A stretch of 64,000 bases of DNA. Origin: Takakia lepidozioides. Lineage: Eukaryota; Plantae; Bryophyta. The notes beneath the pieces are model-generated. The model saw only the letters and a program-made list of their open reading frames with translations. It was not told the origin of the DNA and searched no databases. Position 1 is the stretch's first letter. Each line of letters begins with the position of its first letter. Shown here piece by piece: positions 36,601 to 50,551 of the stretch. The translations under genes and the position numbers were made by a program. Location of the stretch: assembly GCA_030704615.1 (NCBI GenBank), contig CM060734.1, positions 20,894,001 to 20,958,000 of the forward strand, written 5' to 3'.

Positions 36601-39140
36601 GAGGTGAGGGAGGTCTTTTTAGGATTTGAACCATGATGAGGTGGGAGGTATCCACATGAGAATTTGGAATTATCTGATCTGGGTGCGGGGTTGTTGCCAA
36701 ACAAGAGGGATTTTGGGAAAGTTTTTTGAAAAAGGCTGAGTTGCTTGTGCTAAGGATGGGAGGGTGATAGCGGTCAGAGAGGCAAGAGAGGTCCGAGGGT
36801 GATGCATCTATAGGCAGGCTGATAGCCGGGAGGGTTTTCCTGGCGGAATGCCTAGCATCAACAGACGGGCGGATACATAGAACCCAACATCTCTTCCTAT
36901 CCTTTGAGTCGGCCTGGAACAGAAAGAATGGCAGGGGCTGGGGGCTTACCTTAGAGAGAGGAGAACCCGCCTCGTGGGAGGCATCTGGCGGGGGGGCCAG
37001 GTGAGGGGAAGCCGATGGTATGGAGAAAGAGCCAATTGCCGCTTGAACTTCTTGGATGGAAGGGAGCAGATTGGCTGACCTCCGATTGTCTTCTGCAGAT
37101 TGGCTCTCGATTTGGCTCATTTGGCCCAGGGGCTCCTGTCGGGGTGGGGCCTCCTTATCTTTTGCCTGTGTTTGCACCCCAGGGGAGCCACTTGAGGAAG
37201 ATGATTCAGAGGGAATCCCTCTGAGGTGATCTCTTGTCCTCTGCAGATCATCTTGGTGGTTAATATCTGTCAAACGTTGGTCCAACAGCCTGGAGAGAAG
37301 GGTAAAGGTATTTGATAGCACATCCTTTGCCCTGATGTGGGCTGGTTGCATGCCCCAAGGTTTCCCCAAACAGTCCTCCCTGATCCACCAAGACTTGCCT
37401 GGGGGGGTGTTGTAGATGTCTGCATCCTCCATTAGAGCCAGCACCTGGGTGTTAGGCAGCTCAAATAAGGGTGTTCTTCCACATACGCCCCCTAGGTGAT
37501 GGACGAGGATGGAGAAATGAGATGGCACGGTAGATGATTGGCAAAAAAATCCTGTATTTTAGCCATGAGCATGCACTGAGGGCTGCTGTTGGGGGGACAC
37601 TTTTCAATGAAACTTAACACGTCCTGATTGGTGATCCACAGTGATTCCAGATCATGCCTATCTTCAGATGTAATGAGAATTGAGGCTAGGGGGCCTATTT
37701 TGAGGACGATGGGGGTAACACAAGAGGCTTTGGGAGCCTTGTTGGTGGACAAGGTTGAGCATCCTGGCAGCACCAGGTCTTGGAATGATTGAATGGATTT
37801 TAGAACAATGGCCACCATCGGACTGCCTGCAATCGCTGAAGGAGAGAGCTTCATAGTTGGGTCCGCCTCTTGGGAGGAAGGAGCTGCGGGAGGTGGAGGG
37901 GGATTGGAGGCCTGCACTGTGATGAGAGGGGGATCCTTATGGGCGAAAGGAGGGGCAGACAGTGAGCAGCTAGCCTCTAGATGCATAGGATCCAAGGGGT
38001 CTTTTTGTTTTTTGGCAATGTGTACTGGACTAAACTGCAGAAGATCAGCAGATAGAGATGGGGTTGGAGATAGCAGAGAGTGCGAGGGGAAGGGGGGGTT
38101 AGCTGGAAGAGGAGGGGGGGGGGGGGGGCGGAGAGAGAGAGGTAGGATGGAACTGAGAAGAGGCATGTGGGTTAGCCGCAGGCCCTACAACTGGGGACCT
38201 TTTCCTCTTACTGAAAGGGCAATTTACCTTAATGTGTCCATGCTTCCCAAAGCCAACGCATGCTGAGTAAGATGCATCTTCAATCAGCCGAATTGTGAAG
38301 TAGTTCCATTCAATAGCGATTGGCAGTCGCACATAGTCCGACAGCACTGCTTCATAAGGCATCATCAGCACCATTTTAGGACAACCATCTTCATTCATTT
38401 TTGTTGCGATGGTGGCCAATTTCCATGATGGCATTTTCCTGAGGACATCAGTGTTCATGAGAGGATCAAATACCCCCAGACAGCCCAAGTACTCTCCAAA
38501 ATGGTTTGCAATGTCTGGTAGATTTGCCAGGTACTGATCTGGGATAAAAGGAATAGAAACAACTCTAGGTCCCCACAACTTGTCGTTCTTGTTGCCTAGC
38601 TTAGACGACCAAGGGAAGATATTTCCGTTAAAACCCTTCTGATGCGGGTTGAATTGCAGGGCCTTAGCTGCCGCAGCCGCCAATTCAAACATCACTGAAA
38701 AGAAACCACGTCCTTTGGCAATGCAGAAGTGGTGGTTAAGCTCACCCGGGCCCCCAAGGTAGCGGATCGCCCAGTCCCTCACGTAGGATCTCTTGACCTT
38801 TCTGCCCGGAAGTAGTAAAACACCAGAGTTCTCCATACCTGGGATTCTGATGTGCAGATCTTGTATATCCATCTTGATAAGGGGAAAGACATTGCTCATT
38901 GCTCGCTGCTCCTCCAGGGGGTCAGTGAAAAACTCCTCTTCTTCTGGTACTGGAGGGGAGAGGCATTGCTCCAGGATGTGCGGGGCCCTTGCCTCACTGA
39001 TGTGGACTTTCGGGGGTAGATCCGTCGAAGGTGGCGGGATTTGCTTAGGCCTGTAAATTTGCCTTGAGCTGGTCGATCTTTCCTGGTGGGCCCAGTAGAA
39101 GCCCCGGCTTGAGCTTGGCTGGGACCGAGATAGCCTATAC
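33659..39140 (-). mobile_element. L1-clade LINE: ORF1, APE endonuclease and RT; 3'-truncated and degenerate
   Basis: ORF1 has GRGFFSVMF and a degenerate knuckle CVGFGKHGHIKVNC. ORF2 starts MAS*NIRGLG at 36471 and contains LQEQK, NIYAP, ARLDRFY, FDH, YRPITLLN, LDFEKAFDRV, RQGCPLAP and YVDD. It ends abruptly at 33659 with no zf-RVT or tail. Confidence 0.93.
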
Positions 39141-40359
39141 TATATGCGCACACAAATGCATGCATATGGAGGAATGTATGTGTGCATACAAATTTTAGAT
39201 ATGCATAGGAACAATTTTATATGCACAACACTTAAATAAGGGTACCCAAAAAAAATAAAAATTTGTGATTCATCTAATCTTAGGGTCCATAGTCAAAATA
39301 TCAAAGGATGGAATAAGAATATTCTATATAGAATATTCCATAATCATTGTATTATTATTCCACATGGGTGAGTGTAGGAATGAGAGAGGAACATGTTGCT
39401 TTTATGGCTTTCCAACATGAGAAAAAAGGTCGAAAAATTAAAAAGTGACGAGGCACGGCTCCTTGTTAGACACAAATGGTGAAGGTACGGGCTCTTCCAA
39501 TGGTGGGAGTCTAGTTTGAAGTTCAGAATGGAGCAATGCTCAGGGAATGCTAGGGAGCTTGACAATGTGATGGAGATGGTCCGCCTGCGCATTTGGGTAG
39601 TAAATGGCGATGGCCCGCAAGGGAATTCAATTTTACAAAAAAGACTATTGATTGATAATCGAACCCGCAATCTCATAACTTAAAAAACATAATCCTTACC
39701 AAACCACCACCCATTTAATCTTGTTACATAGGTTTTGCAGTATCTATATATCTATCTTCTAAAACATTTTTATTTTACACAAACATAATGTCCATCAGAG
39801 ATAGAACCCACATCCTATCGGGTATCAAGCCTAGTTCATACCACTACACTACCCATTCAGACTTGAAACACTAATGAAATGAAACACTAATGAGATAAAG
39901 ATAGTCACCCTGTGTGTACATAACATGCCACAATACTCATAAGGGTTGATCTTACTAATGATGAAATTTGATAGTGCTGAAGTGCATGTCGAACTTGCAT
40001 TCAGGTAAAGGGATCTATGAAATGCAGTAGAGATCTATGTACAAACTATTACATAGATAAATCAAATGAAATCTGATTTCAACACCATGTCATTTGCCCC
40101 ATTTGTTTTACCTTATACTAGAGAGAAATACATATATCATAAAAAATAACCAAAAATTCGGACTGACAATGAGGACAATGTATTGTATATGTAATTTCTA
40201 ATTACCTACATAACATCATCAGCTGATACTTCATCATCCGTGTCATAAGCCTGTGATTCAGAGGCATACACATCCATGAAAGCCTCAACTCCACGGATTG
40301 TCCAATAATAGCTGCTCTTCGGTCAAACAAGCCTGCGAACACATTCCTTATGAAGTCCC

Positions 40360-41170
40360 CGTCGAGCGGCTTTTACTCACCCATCCCTTCGCTATCCGAG
40401 GTGGAAACTCCAAGATAGAAGAGTTGGATATCTCTAAGCACTCAGCCCGCTCAGAACAATCAGTCATGACCTGCAGCTAGTGAATCATGGTTGTGCTTCC
40501 TATTTGTATTCCTTCCTGTCTTCATGTTATCAATTTACCTTACCGTGTATACTGAAGCATCAGATTGCTTATCTACTAAGTTCCAGTTAATCATGCATTC
40601 ATTCCACAACTTCTCTCGTGTCGCTCTACACAATATGTTTGTATCGATTCAGTATCGGATTAAGATTAATCATGTATCATGCTTATGCCATGGTCTCTCT
40701 ATTCTATCCTATTGTATAATTCTACAGCTTGCATGAACTAAGCCTCATTCAAGTCATCATCTCCTCTACACTGTTTTCCGCTCTCCATTACGTCTCCTCA
40801 TCTCCTCAACAAGTCGCCCTCTTCTCTCCCCATGATCCCCTTCCCGTTGCCGCTCTCCTAATCTACCCGCAAATTGTTCTAACCACCTAACTAATTAACT
40901 GTCACCCCTGACGTAACACGTTCCCTCTGCAGATGTCGTTCCATCACAGTCGTTCCTTGTCAATGATAACTATTCCCCATGTATTGTGACAGGCTGTGTG
41001 AAGCTGTGTCGGGCTGTGACTGGCTGTGTGAAGCTGTGGTCGGACTGTGTAACCCCCCTAAAGCCTGCTCCTGCCACCCCTAAGGCCCCTGTTGGTCTCA
41101 GTCTGCGCAAAAATTAAGGGTACCCCACAGAACCCATAAAAGCGTCTAAGTCCCAAGCAGCCCTCTAACA
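40360..41170 (-). repeat. Element B 3' LTR (811 bp)
   Basis: Both ends are homologous to the A LTRs, the middle has diverged, and the minisatellite is short (40987-41050). Confidence 0.9.
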
Positions 41171-43571
41171 TTACCCCTCCCCCTCTCAAAAAGCCGTGTC
41201 CTCACGGTTTACTGTTTGGGATTAGCAAACCTATGTGAGCGAGCACCCTTCTGACGGTGAGAGTCTCGTGAAGGACTTCGTGTGCGAGCCCGAGTCCTGT
41301 CACTGGCTGATGGAGATGATTGAGCACTACCTGGAAATGTTTGACCCTCCTTTGGCTGATAACGAGGTAACCTCTCAGGCATAGGAGATCCCCGTCGTTT
41401 CTTCTTTGCCATCTGAAGTGCATAGTCCTCTGCCATGTCAAAAGAGTCCTTTGAAGAAACAGTAGTATCAGAATCCTCGTCCCCCCTTAGGTGTTTTAAC
41501 GGCCGAACTTTAAGTGGAATCCTGTGTGGCATACAATGTGGTCCCACCATGTCTGGAAGTTTAAACTGTACAACTTGCTGTAAGCGCTTGCAAGCAAAAT
41601 TAGTGAATGCCCTGAACTCTTTATCCGTATAGGTGAGAGGTGTGCCTATGACTTTGGAACAGTGTAAGTATTTCCAGGCTTCATGTCCCTTAAAGAAAAT
41701 ATCCTTAGGGCCGAATTTCTGTGTTGTCAAATTGTTCCAAGCCGAATTAAACCATGAACGAAGTTGGGAATCCTTCTGCATCATAACTTTTGCATCATAT
41801 AGGTACATATGAGGTGGCACTGAAGGTAAGACCCAATGATCCCCACTGGAATAACTCAGAAATCGTGATTGCATCTTCTGCTGCTCAATGTGATAACGTG
41901 CTAGAAAACAAGCAGCATAGTATAATCCATAGCCCATGACAATACTAGGTACCTCCTTGGTCTTGGTATAGATGTACCCATGTACAACCTGGAAGCCAAT
42001 TAATTCCTTCAGCATGGTACCTGCCTCAGACCAGTACCTGGCAAAGTGATGATCCTCAATGGGTCGATTGTTCGGAAGAACCTTAGTCCGAGTTGCCTCC
42101 GGCAACCAAATGCGCATGATCTGGTAGTAATGTGCCAACGACTGCGGAGGACTAAATTCCTTCCAAGCCAAATCCAGCACAATGGGAATTTGGTTGAAGG
42201 GCATAATCATAGCCCGACTGTACTCCCGTGCAGTAGGAATCCTAGGTGGGTTAAAAGCAGCATCCCCCCATACCTAAGGCTGTGGTTTGGCTGTAGTAGC
42301 AACAGGGTCAGCTACATGCACAGGCACCTGCTGTGGTATTGGTACCACTGGCCCTTCTACCACTGGCATCTCCTGCACCCCCTGCGAAGACTGAAAAATT
42401 AGAGTCTTGGCATGTAAATAAGTAGCCATCAGCTGCTCCTCAGGAACAAAGATTCTCTTGTCAATATTTGAACTCAGGTCATCCACTTGAGTCTGCAGAA
42501 TTCCACATCCTCCTGTAGCTCCGCTATTCTACTATAGACATTGTCTATAGTAGTTGTGGCAATGTTCTGCACTTGCAATCTGAGCTCATTTATCTCGCCC
42601 TGGGTGAGCTTCCGTGGTGCTTTGCCTTCTACCGGCCCTTGTGCTAACCAGACCTGCATAAGGTGGTTATCCACCAAGTCCTGTGTGACACCCCTGAAAG
42701 TCTGCTCCTCCGTGAGTTTGTACACATCTAACTGTTGCTGCCTCCATGCGCTTCGCATGAGGTTCAACCAGGCCCGCATAGGCAGCAGCCTGATTATTGG
42801 CTTCCTTCCAAGCCTTGTTAGCCACAGAGAGTTCATTTCTATTGACCATGACCGTTTGTTGCAACTCCAGGATGTACCTCTCCTGGTCAGCCTCAACCTG
42901 TCTGTATTATTTGAAAGTATTCTCATTGCGACAGATTGTATCCTTCATATCAACAATGAGTTTCCCTTGCTCTATTATCTCAGCTTCTGCCCTCATACAT
43001 CTCTCTCCTTGTCTGTTAACTTCTAATGCAGTTTGCTCTAGAGCAGTTGTGAGTGTAGCACATTGTATGGTCATCTTTTGATGTACTGCCTCCAACTCTG
43101 TATGTAGTACGTTCACTTCTTGCAACTTGCCCTCATGCTTCACCTGCAATTGGTATAACTGTTGCTTATGTGCTTCATGCAACTTGTCCTGCTCGAGACC
43201 TGCTTCAATCAAATGTCCCTTGACCAACTGCAAGGCAGCCTTTGTGTCCTCCAACTCTTGCTGTAACTTGAGATTGACCTCCTCATCTACCTTGTTAGCA
43301 CACTCGGTGGCAATTTGAGCCTCAAACTCCTTCCTGAGTTCCTCCCTCAAAGCTGCCAATTGGGTAGACGGAACATGGGATTTCACATAAGTGCCCAACA
43401 AATTAAGTGTCCTGCTTATGGAACTCATAAGCATGGCCTGCTGGGGGTCATCATGGTGAACTTGCTGCTATTCTCCCTGATCCTCCATAGTGTGATGCTT
43501 CACCAACCATTCAGGCCATTGCCCCACCAGATCCTCTTCCTGAACCACCTCATCCACCACAGGTGCTGCAG

Positions 43572-46500
43572 TGTCGCGCACCCCACTTCGGTAAACTCCC
43601 CTTCAAGTCATAGTTACTCGCTTTGATGCGCGCGCCTGACTCCCAACCTGGCCGCCCGGGCCAACTTGGAGCTTCGGCTGCTCACCGGGACATAACGGTC
43701 CCCTTTCGCTTCCCTCTAAAACCCTCCACCTAATTGGGACTAGGAGAATTCCCTTTGGTAGATGGCAGTCCGGAACAGCTCCCCACTCTTTGGTCGCTTT
43801 CCGGCTCGCTCGCTTACTCACTAGCTTTTGGTCACCAACGGGCTTGCACCGTTCTTGGGGTTATTACTCCCTATATATACTTTTGTAGCTGTCCGCGGGG
43901 GTTTCACAACCAGCCATGCCATTTTATGGCGAACCACCACGAAGACCCTCGATTCCCGGTGGTGAGTCGCGGTGAGTCTTGGCCCGCTCACCACGGCCCC
44001 TATGGACCGTGATGAGTCCCAAGACTCCCCACAACTCCCACCACGAGGTCTCTGCCCCCATGGTGAGTCCTATGCCACCCCCACTAAGTCCCACTAAGCT
44101 ACCACCACCCCTTGTGGAGCCACCCCCACCGCAACCCGGTGTGCGGGGCTCCACCTAGTGAGCGCCTCCGCTTCCCTGAGTGCCTTGGGCACTCAAGGGT
44201 GCCTCAGCCCCCCATACCTATCGCTGCCGCTGCCCCCACCATAGGGGCAGCCCCTCATGTGTCCCGACCCACTGCCCTCAAGGCAAAGGGCCGCGACACA
44301 CACCCCTACCAACAGGGAGTCGATGTCCTCATCGACTTTTCCATTTTGTAGAAACGAACATCCAAGTTGTGGCGTCCCACATCAAGGAGTTTGTTTCTGT
44401 ACCATGGCGTCCCATGGCAAAGAACCAAACCCCACACTTGACTCTACTCTCCACTAGCTAGTTCGGCCGACTTCCTCCAAGTCCCGGCCAAGGGTGAAGC
44501 CTCTCCAGCTCCTCCCAGTGCACTCTTCTTGGCCTACTTCAAGGTCAAGGAACGATCCTCCCCGAGGATCAAATTGCCTTACTGCAACAACATTGCTTGC
44601 GATCGCTCATGATGCCGCTTTTGGCATCACCTTGAGCAAGGGTTCACCTGGAACCCTCTTTGACTAGGAAGATAACCTTGAACCAACCGTGCGCCCCAAT
44701 CACTACAATTGGGTCCGCCTTGGAATGCTGGCCTGAAGTACGGGAACACGCCGAAGCCGCACTACGACTTCGTCCCGAGGTTACACGATTATAGTACGTG
44801 AACGGAAGCACGTAGCTTCCGCGTTAGCCCGCACTACAAGGCAACCCCCTCGGTAGCGCAGTTATAGTACGCGCATGCGCCAGGTGCGCACTAGCACGTG
44901 AACTCCCAAAAAAGGCGCAAGTTTCCTTGCCCCTTGGATGGAAGTCACCCGATTTCGGCACTGCGCAAACACACGATTAACCCAATTTACCTCTCCCACT
45001 TTTGTAAGCTAGCATGTATTCTACACACTAGCCAACCACACCATGCATCACCATTCCAAACACAATAGGACGCACAATATTTGGAACCCATTTCCTTTAT
45101 AACAAATTTTTGTACAATACAAGTTTTTGCAATCGGATTCCTGAGCTAGCTAAACCGGGCTAAGCATGCATTTCCTCCCCCACGCTCCAAGGTTGATGTC
45201 CCCATCAACGCTTCTTCCGCTTTTGAGGTCGCCCTTCGAAAGTTGCAACCGCCTCGGATGCGTTTCCCATTTCTGAGGCACGCACCCAAGATGCCTCCAC
45301 ATGATGATAGCCCTTCCATTTGACGAGATACTCCGTTTCTCGGTTCCTGAACCTCCTCGACTTAAGTATTGCCTCCACCTCGTACTCAGGTTCATTTTCA
45401 TGATCCAACAGCATAGGTGGCGGACGCAACACTTGATGCCGATTCGGACGCGCTTCATCTTTGAAGTAAGGCTTCAAAAGGGAGACATGGAATACTGGGT
45501 GCACCTTGCTGTTTGCCGGCAGCTCCAATTCATACACATCCTCATTCATAACCTTCCGAATGCGAAAGGGTCCCGCATACGGAGGCACGAACTTCGGACT
45601 CACTTCCGGGAGTAGTCGGAAATTCTTGATGTTCAACCAGACCTCTGTGCCTGCCTCAAACTTCACTTCCCTCCGCTTCCGATTCGCCTGCCTTTCATAC
45701 CGTTTCCTAGCTTTGGCAATATTGTACTTTGCGAGCTTCAACAAACGCTCGTGTTCTTCCAGTACCGCCGCTACTGCCGGTTCCTCAACGTCCTGGGCGG
45801 CCCAACTTGTCGGCACCAGAGGTGCTTTTCCATAGACCAACACGAAAGGGGAAACTCCCGTTGCGGAGTGTTCTGTGTTATTATAACAGAACTCTGCCGC
45901 GTCTAAGTGTTCCATCCAGTCTGATTGGTCTGCCGACACGTAATTCCGCAAGAATTGCTTCACTACGGAATTCACTCTTTCCGTTTGGCCGTCCGTCGTA
46001 GGTCGGAAGGCGGTGCTCATCTTCAGCCTCGTCCCCATCTTCTTCCAAAGTGCTCTCCAGAATTTACTCGTAAACTTTGGATCGCGGTCCGAGACAATAT
46101 CCTTCGGGACTCCATGATGCTTTAAGACGTGGGCGAAGTAAAGTCGCCCTGTCTCCTGCGCCGTTGCCGTCTCCTTGGTGGGGATGAAATGGCCCATTTT
46201 ACTGAACCTATCTACCACCACCATGATTGCATCGAATCCTTTTGACAGCGGCATAGCAGTCATGAAATCCATCGAGACGCTTTCCCAAGTCCCCTCTGGA
46301 ATCGGCAAGGGTTGTAACAGCCCCGCTTGCTTTTTGTACTCGCTCCGGTTTTGTTGGCATGTGGTGCATGTCTTGACATACTCCTCTGCCTCCTCCCTCA
46401 GTTTGGGCCAGAAATACTCTTTCTTCAAGAGTGCCGCAGTGCGCTTGGCTCCACCGTGGCCCGCAAGCGGGCTATCATGGCATTCTCTCAAGAGACTATC

Positions 46501-49500
46501 CCTGATCCCTCCCTTCGGCACGTAGAGACGCTTTTGCTTGTACCGGAGCAGTCCATTTTGCAAGTGGAACTGCGATTTAACCCCCATCCTCAAGTCCTGC
46601 ATCACGGACTTTGCCAGCTCATCCTTCCGACAAGCCTTCCGGATCTTCCTTTGGAGTGCCGTCTCGCCCTTGTACACCAACAAGAGCTGCTGCTTTCTAC
46701 TTAAAGCATCGGCCACCACATTGTCCCGTCCCGGTTTGTACTGGATATCCATGTCAAACACTGCCAAAGTATCTTGCCACCTAAGTTATTTTGGGGACAA
46801 CTTGGGCTGCGTGGCAAAATACTTCGCCGTGACATTGTCCGTGAACACCTTCACTGGGTTGGAACCAACATAGTGGCGCCAGAGCTCAAGGCAATGCACC
46901 ACCGCCTTCATCTTTTTTTCGTGCGTCGGCCACCGTCGCTCCACTTCATTCAGTTTCTTACTTTCGTAAGCCACTGGACGTCCATCTTGCATAAGTACAC
47001 CCCCAATCGCAAAGTCCGATGCATCTGTATGAATCTCAAATGGACGATCGAACTCCGGGATTTTCAAGACTGGAGCTTCCGCCATCCGCTACTTCAATTC
47101 AGCAAAAGCTTGGCCACAAAAGGTGTTCCATGCCCAGACTTTAGATTTACACAGAAGGTCTGACAGCGGCCCCGCAATCTTGGCAAAATTTCTCACATAC
47201 TTCCGGTAATAGGAGGCGAGTCCTAGGAAGGATCGCACTCCCGGGACCGAAGTCGGAGGCTCCCAGTCCAAGATCGCCCTCACCTTTTTGTCATCCATTT
47301 TGATCCCATCCTGTGTAATCACATGCCCCAAGAACTCCACTTTTGTGACCCCGAATTTGCACTTTGAAGCTTTGGCATACAGCTTCCCTTCTCACAATTT
47401 TTGGAACACCCTTTTGAGGTGCTCCAGGTGCTCCTCCTTTGTTTTTGAGTACACCAAGATGTCGTCGATGTACACGATCACAAAGTCATCCAACCACTCC
47501 TGGAAAAGGTTGTTCATCAGCGTGCTAAATGTCGCTGGTGCATTGGTGAGCCCAAAAGGCATCACCAAGAACTCATATGAACCATACCTTGTCTTGCACG
47601 CGGTCTTCTCCTCATCTCCTTCCGCCACCCAAATTTGGTGATAGCCGGAGCGCAAGTCGATCCGGCTGAAATACTTCGCTCCTGCCAACCGATCGAAGAG
47701 GTCGTCGATCCTCGGCAAAGGGTACCGGTTTTTGATAGTCACCTTATTCAGAGCCCTGTAATCGACACACATCCGCAGCGTCCCATCCTTCTTGTCTGCG
47801 AATAGCACCGGGGCTCCGTAAGGTGACTTACTCGACCGGATGTACCCCTTTGACATTAGATCCTTGAGCTGAGTCTTCAGCTCGACCAACTCTCTGTGGC
47901 TCAACCGGTAGGGCGCCTTGGCAGGCGGTTCCGATCCCGGTATCACCTCAATCTTGTGGTCAACTCCTCTTCGCGGTGGCAAGCCGCTTGGTAAATCCTC
48001 CGGCATCACATCCTGGTATTTCTCCAAAATCCCCTTGATCCAATCTGGGCTCGGTTCCCCATCGCCTTCTCCTTTCACTTCTCTAATGTAAAGCAAAAAC
48101 TGGGGCTCGTGTGCCTCCTCCACGGCCCACTCCTTTGCTGATAGAAGGTTTATTCGCCCTCCCACGGATTTGGGCGTTTCAGAAACTCGTAAAACCTCGC
48201 CACCATTCCCACATGGCAGCGTGACTACTCTCTTGCGGCCATCTATGACCGCTCCGGATTTGCTCAAAAAGGTCATCCCCAAAATGAGATCCACTCCATC
48301 GATCTCGCAGATGGTGAAGTTCTCACGTCCCTCCCAACTCCCCAGTTGAAGAGGAACATCAATCGCCAACCTTGTCGCCAACTGTGGTTCTCCTTTGGCA
48401 GAACGCACCTCAATAGAGGCCCCAACGTCACTTGTCGGGAGTCCCAGCTTTTGTGCCGTTGCCGGTGTCATGAAGGAATGCGACGCTCCTGTGTCCACCA
48501 ACAACGACACATTAGTTCCGGATATTATCCCATCCACGAACAATAACTGACTCCCTTTTCGTAAGGTGCCAGTTTCCTGATACAACTCACAAGAAAATTT
48601 GCCTACCTTGCAAGTCCTGGCGACCACCGCTTCCACCAAGCGACTGATGGTATCTTCCGACAACTCCGTGGTCGCCCGAGTCATGTTCAATTGTTGGGGC
48701 TTCGTGCACTTCTTGGCCATGTGCCCGGGCTCCCCGCAATTGAAACACACTCCATCAAAGGTCGCCTTCTGTCCGCCATAAGCCGCTCCACCCGCTTTTC
48801 CTTTCGAAGCACCGGGTGCCGCCTTGACGTGTGAAGGCCCTCCCTTCGATTTCCACGTGCCATTTTTGCTGCGCGTGGCCTATCCCACTTCTTTTCCGGT
48901 CGGAAGGAGTCACCTTCCCGCCGAATCTTCTTGTGGTTCAGCTCCGTACGGCCTTGTCTTTCACCCCTAGGGACATCCAAGAAACATTCAGCCCTCTCAA
49001 TTGCCTCGTTCAAAGTCTTGGGTGGCTTCTCCTCCAACTTCCGCCTGGCCCATGGGGCCAGTCCCGCCACAAAGTTGAAGACCATTTCTGGTTCTGCCAT
49101 GTCCGCGACTTCGAGCAACAGCACATTGAAAGCCTGGACATACCCCCGAATGTCATCTGTTTGCTTCAAATTCCTCATCTTGTCCCGGGCAAGCCAGGAC
49201 GCGTTGAGGGGCACAAACTGTCTCTTCAACAATTCCTTGAACCCACTCCAGTTCAAGGTTTCTGGACTTGGACCTCGGTCGTGAAGGCGTTTCTGCCACC
49301 ATTGTTGAGCATAGCCCCTCAAATAGGTGGGAGCCACTTCCACCCGATCCTCGTCACTCAACTTGGCCGCCCGGAAGTACTGCTCTAGCTCCAAGAGCTA
49401 GGTGTTGAGTGCCTTCCAATTTCGGACGCCCTCGAAGGTGCCGGGTTCCTTAGGCTTCACCTTAAACTTTGCCTTAGCGGAAGTGGCATTAGCCGCCTTC

Positions 49501-50551
49501 AACACGTCTTTCAACGTCCCGCCAAATTGCGCCAACAACCCTTCCCAAAAGGCTGCCGGCATGGGAGGCATCTCTTGGTTTGTCGGAGCTCTCAAGGATT
49601 CCTCGGGCTCCGACTCCTCGGATTCCTCCCGCTCTTGGGCGGCCTCGTTTTCGGAAACATGCATCGCTTCCTCAAACGGCCGCCTCGGTGACACGCCGCC
49701 CCCATTGGGCTCACCGGGATCATCATCTTTTGGGCCGTTCCGCTTTCGCTTCGGCTTGCCCGACCCCATGATGAGGCCAATCCCAGGGACGATCGCGTAT
49801 TGAACTCTAAGCTCTGATACCAAGTGTCGCGCACCCCACTTCGGTAAACTCCCCTTCAAGTCATAGTTACTCGCTTTGATGCGCGCGCCTGACTCCCAAC
49901 CTGGCCGCCCGGGCCAACTTGGAGCTTCGGCTGCTCACCGGGACATAACGGTCCCCTTTCGCTTCCCTCTAAAACCCTCCACCTAATTGGGACTAGGAGA
50001 ATTCCCTTTGGTAGATGGCAGTCCGGAACAGCTCCCCACTCTTTGGTCGCTTTCTGGCTCGCTCGCTTACTCACTAGCTTTTGGTCACCAACGGGCTTGC
50101 ACCGTTCTCGGGGTTACTACTCCCTATATATACTTCTGTAGCTGTCCGCGGGGGTTTCACAACCAGCCATGCCATTTTATGGCGAACCACCACGAAGACC
50201 CTCGATTCCCGGTGGTGAGTCGCGGTGAGTCTTGGCCCGCTCACCACAGCCCCTATGGACCGTGATGAGTCCCAAGACTCCCCACAACTCCCACCACGAG
50301 GTCTCTGCCCCCATGGTGAGTCCTATGCCACCCCCACTAAGTCCCACTAAGCTACCACCACCCCTTGTGGAGCCACCCCCACCGCAACCCGGTGTGCGGG
50401 GCTCCACCTAGTGAGCGCCTCCGCTTCCCTGAGTGCCTTGGGCACTCAAGGGTGCCTCAGCCCCCCATACCTATTGCTGCCGTTGCCCCCACCATAGGGG
50501 CAGCCCCTCATGTGTCCCGACCCACTGCCCTCAAGGCAAAGGGCCGCGACA
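43572..50551 (-). mobile_element. Element C: full-length chromovirus Ty3/Gypsy
   Basis: 727-bp LTRs at 43572-44298 and 49825-50551 (TGTCGCG...CGCGACA). TSD TGCAG. PBS TGGTATCAGAGC (tRNA-iMet). RT has YIDD. INT has GPF and a chromodomain YEVEAIL...YLVKWKGY...SWV. Confidence 0.97.
45205..49770 (-). pseudogene. gag-pol: Element C gag-pol with several premature stops
   Basis: gag at 48687-49770 with knuckle [16 protein letters not shown]: [17 protein letters not shown] and chromodomain follow. Stops near 49398, 47392, 47089 and 46786. Confidence 0.92.

Noticed and set aside
45301-49803. Many plus-strand ORFs over the retroelements
   Set aside because: They are antisense shadows of the gag/pol frames with no independent motifs.
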